Source: Pseudomonas aeruginosa (GTDB lineage Bacteria > Pseudomonadota > Gammaproteobacteria > Pseudomonadales > Pseudomonadaceae). From it: a stretch of 32,000 bases of DNA. A program made the position numbers and the translations under genes. Below are positions 30,355 through 32,000 of the stretch, in pieces. The stretch covers positions 2,310,001 through 2,342,000 of the forward strand of contig NZ_LN831024.1 in the NCBI RefSeq assembly GCF_001457615.1, given 5' to 3'. The first letter of the stretch is position 1. Every line of letters begins with the position of its first letter. A model generated the notes under the pieces. That model searched no databases, was not told the origin of the DNA, and saw only the letters and a list, made by a program, of their open reading frames with translations.

Positions 30355-31278
30355 TCAGTGGCGGGTCGCCAACTGGTATTCGAGCTTTTCCTGGTCGCGT
30401 GCGAACAGGCGGATGCCTTCGGCCAGCTTTTCGGTGGCCATGGCGTCCTCGTTCATCTGCCAACGGAAAGCGCTCTCGTCGAGCACCTGGCGCGGCTCGC
30501 CTTCGCCCGGCAGCAGCAGGCGCGGCAGCTCGCCCTGGGCGTCAGCCAGTTGTTGCAGCAGGTCGGGACTGATGGTCAGGCGGTCGCAGCCGGCCAGTTG
30601 CTCGATCTGGCCGAGATTGCGGAAGCTGGCGCCCATCACCACCGTCTTGTAGCCGTTGGCCTTGTAGTAGCGATAGATGCGCGAGACCGACTGCACGCCG
30701 GGATCCTCGGCGCCGGCGTAGTCGCGGTTCTCGCTCTTCTTGTACCAGTCGTAGATGCGCCCGACGAACGGAGAGATGAGGAACACCCCGGCGTCGGCGC
30801 AGGCCACCGCCTGGGCGAAGGAGAACAGCAGGGTCAGGTTGGTCTGGATGCCCTCGCGTTCCAGAATCTCGGCGGCGCGGATTCCTTCCCAGGTGGAGGC
30901 GATCTTGATCAGCACCCGCTCGCGGTCGATGCCTTGTTCGTCGTACAGCTCGATCAGGCGGTGGGCGCGGGCGAGGGTGGCCTCGCTGTCGAACGACAGG
31001 CGCGCGTCGACTTCGGTGGAAATACGTCCGGGAATGACTCCGAGGATGTCCTTGCCGACTGCCACGGCGAAGCGGTCGCAAGCCAGTCCGGCGTCGCCGC
31101 CGCTACCCGCGGTAGCCTGTCGAAGGTGCTCGGCGTAGCGCGGCAGGGCGGCGGCCTTGAGCAGCAGCGACGGGTTGGTGGTGGCGTCCACCGGCTTCAG
31201 GCGGGCAATGGCATCGAAGTCGCCGGTGTCGGCGACCACCGTGGTGTATTGCTTGAGTTGTTCCAGCTTCGAAGTCAT
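30355..31278 (-). CDS. tal: Transaldolase
   Basis: 307 aa; [33 protein letters not shown] (Schiff-base Lys), [34 protein letters not shown]. Confidence 0.97.
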
Positions 31279-31357
31279 GGCGAGGTCTTGTCAGGTGGGT
31301 TCTTGGGAAGAAGAATCCCCCGACCTTACCCGAGCCGCAGGCGCGGCTCAATGGGAG

Positions 31358-32000
<643 letters not shown>

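Overview
The window is a contiguous, high-GC stretch of Pseudomonas aeruginosa-type core chromosome. I recognise it from protein sequences and gene order as approximately the PA2831 to PA2795 region of PAO1, in reverse order; this identification is from memory and was not searched. It contains:
- an oxidative-stress neighbourhood: htpX, alaA-like aminotransferase, msrB, glutathione peroxidase, ospR, fRMsr, two GSTs;
- the hybrid sensor sagS and a DUF815-type ATPase;
- a tRNA-Glu plus two tRNA-Gly cluster, and the EAL phosphodiesterase arr;
- a large membrane acyl-CoA dehydrogenase and an ABC-2 exporter;
- the copper module copS/copR/ptrA/cupredoxin with queF;
- a PhnZ-like HD / PhnX-like HAD / GntR / thioesterase group;
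- mlaA(vacJ), a PilZ protein, a RssB-type response regulator with a STAS partner, tal, and a partial dusA.
I see no CRISPR array, transposase, integrase, prophage or obvious new defence system. The strongest strain-specific observation is a 1-nt deletion that splits mlaA/vacJ into two frames at about 27667. Other items worth a second look: a palindromic operator filling the -35/-10 spacer of the gpx-ospR promoter, two exact CTGACA-n5-GTAAT CopR-type boxes, a PhnX-like protein that has lost its catalytic residues next to a PhnZ-like HD oxygenase, and two apparently unoccupied tRNA-Gly island attachment sites.
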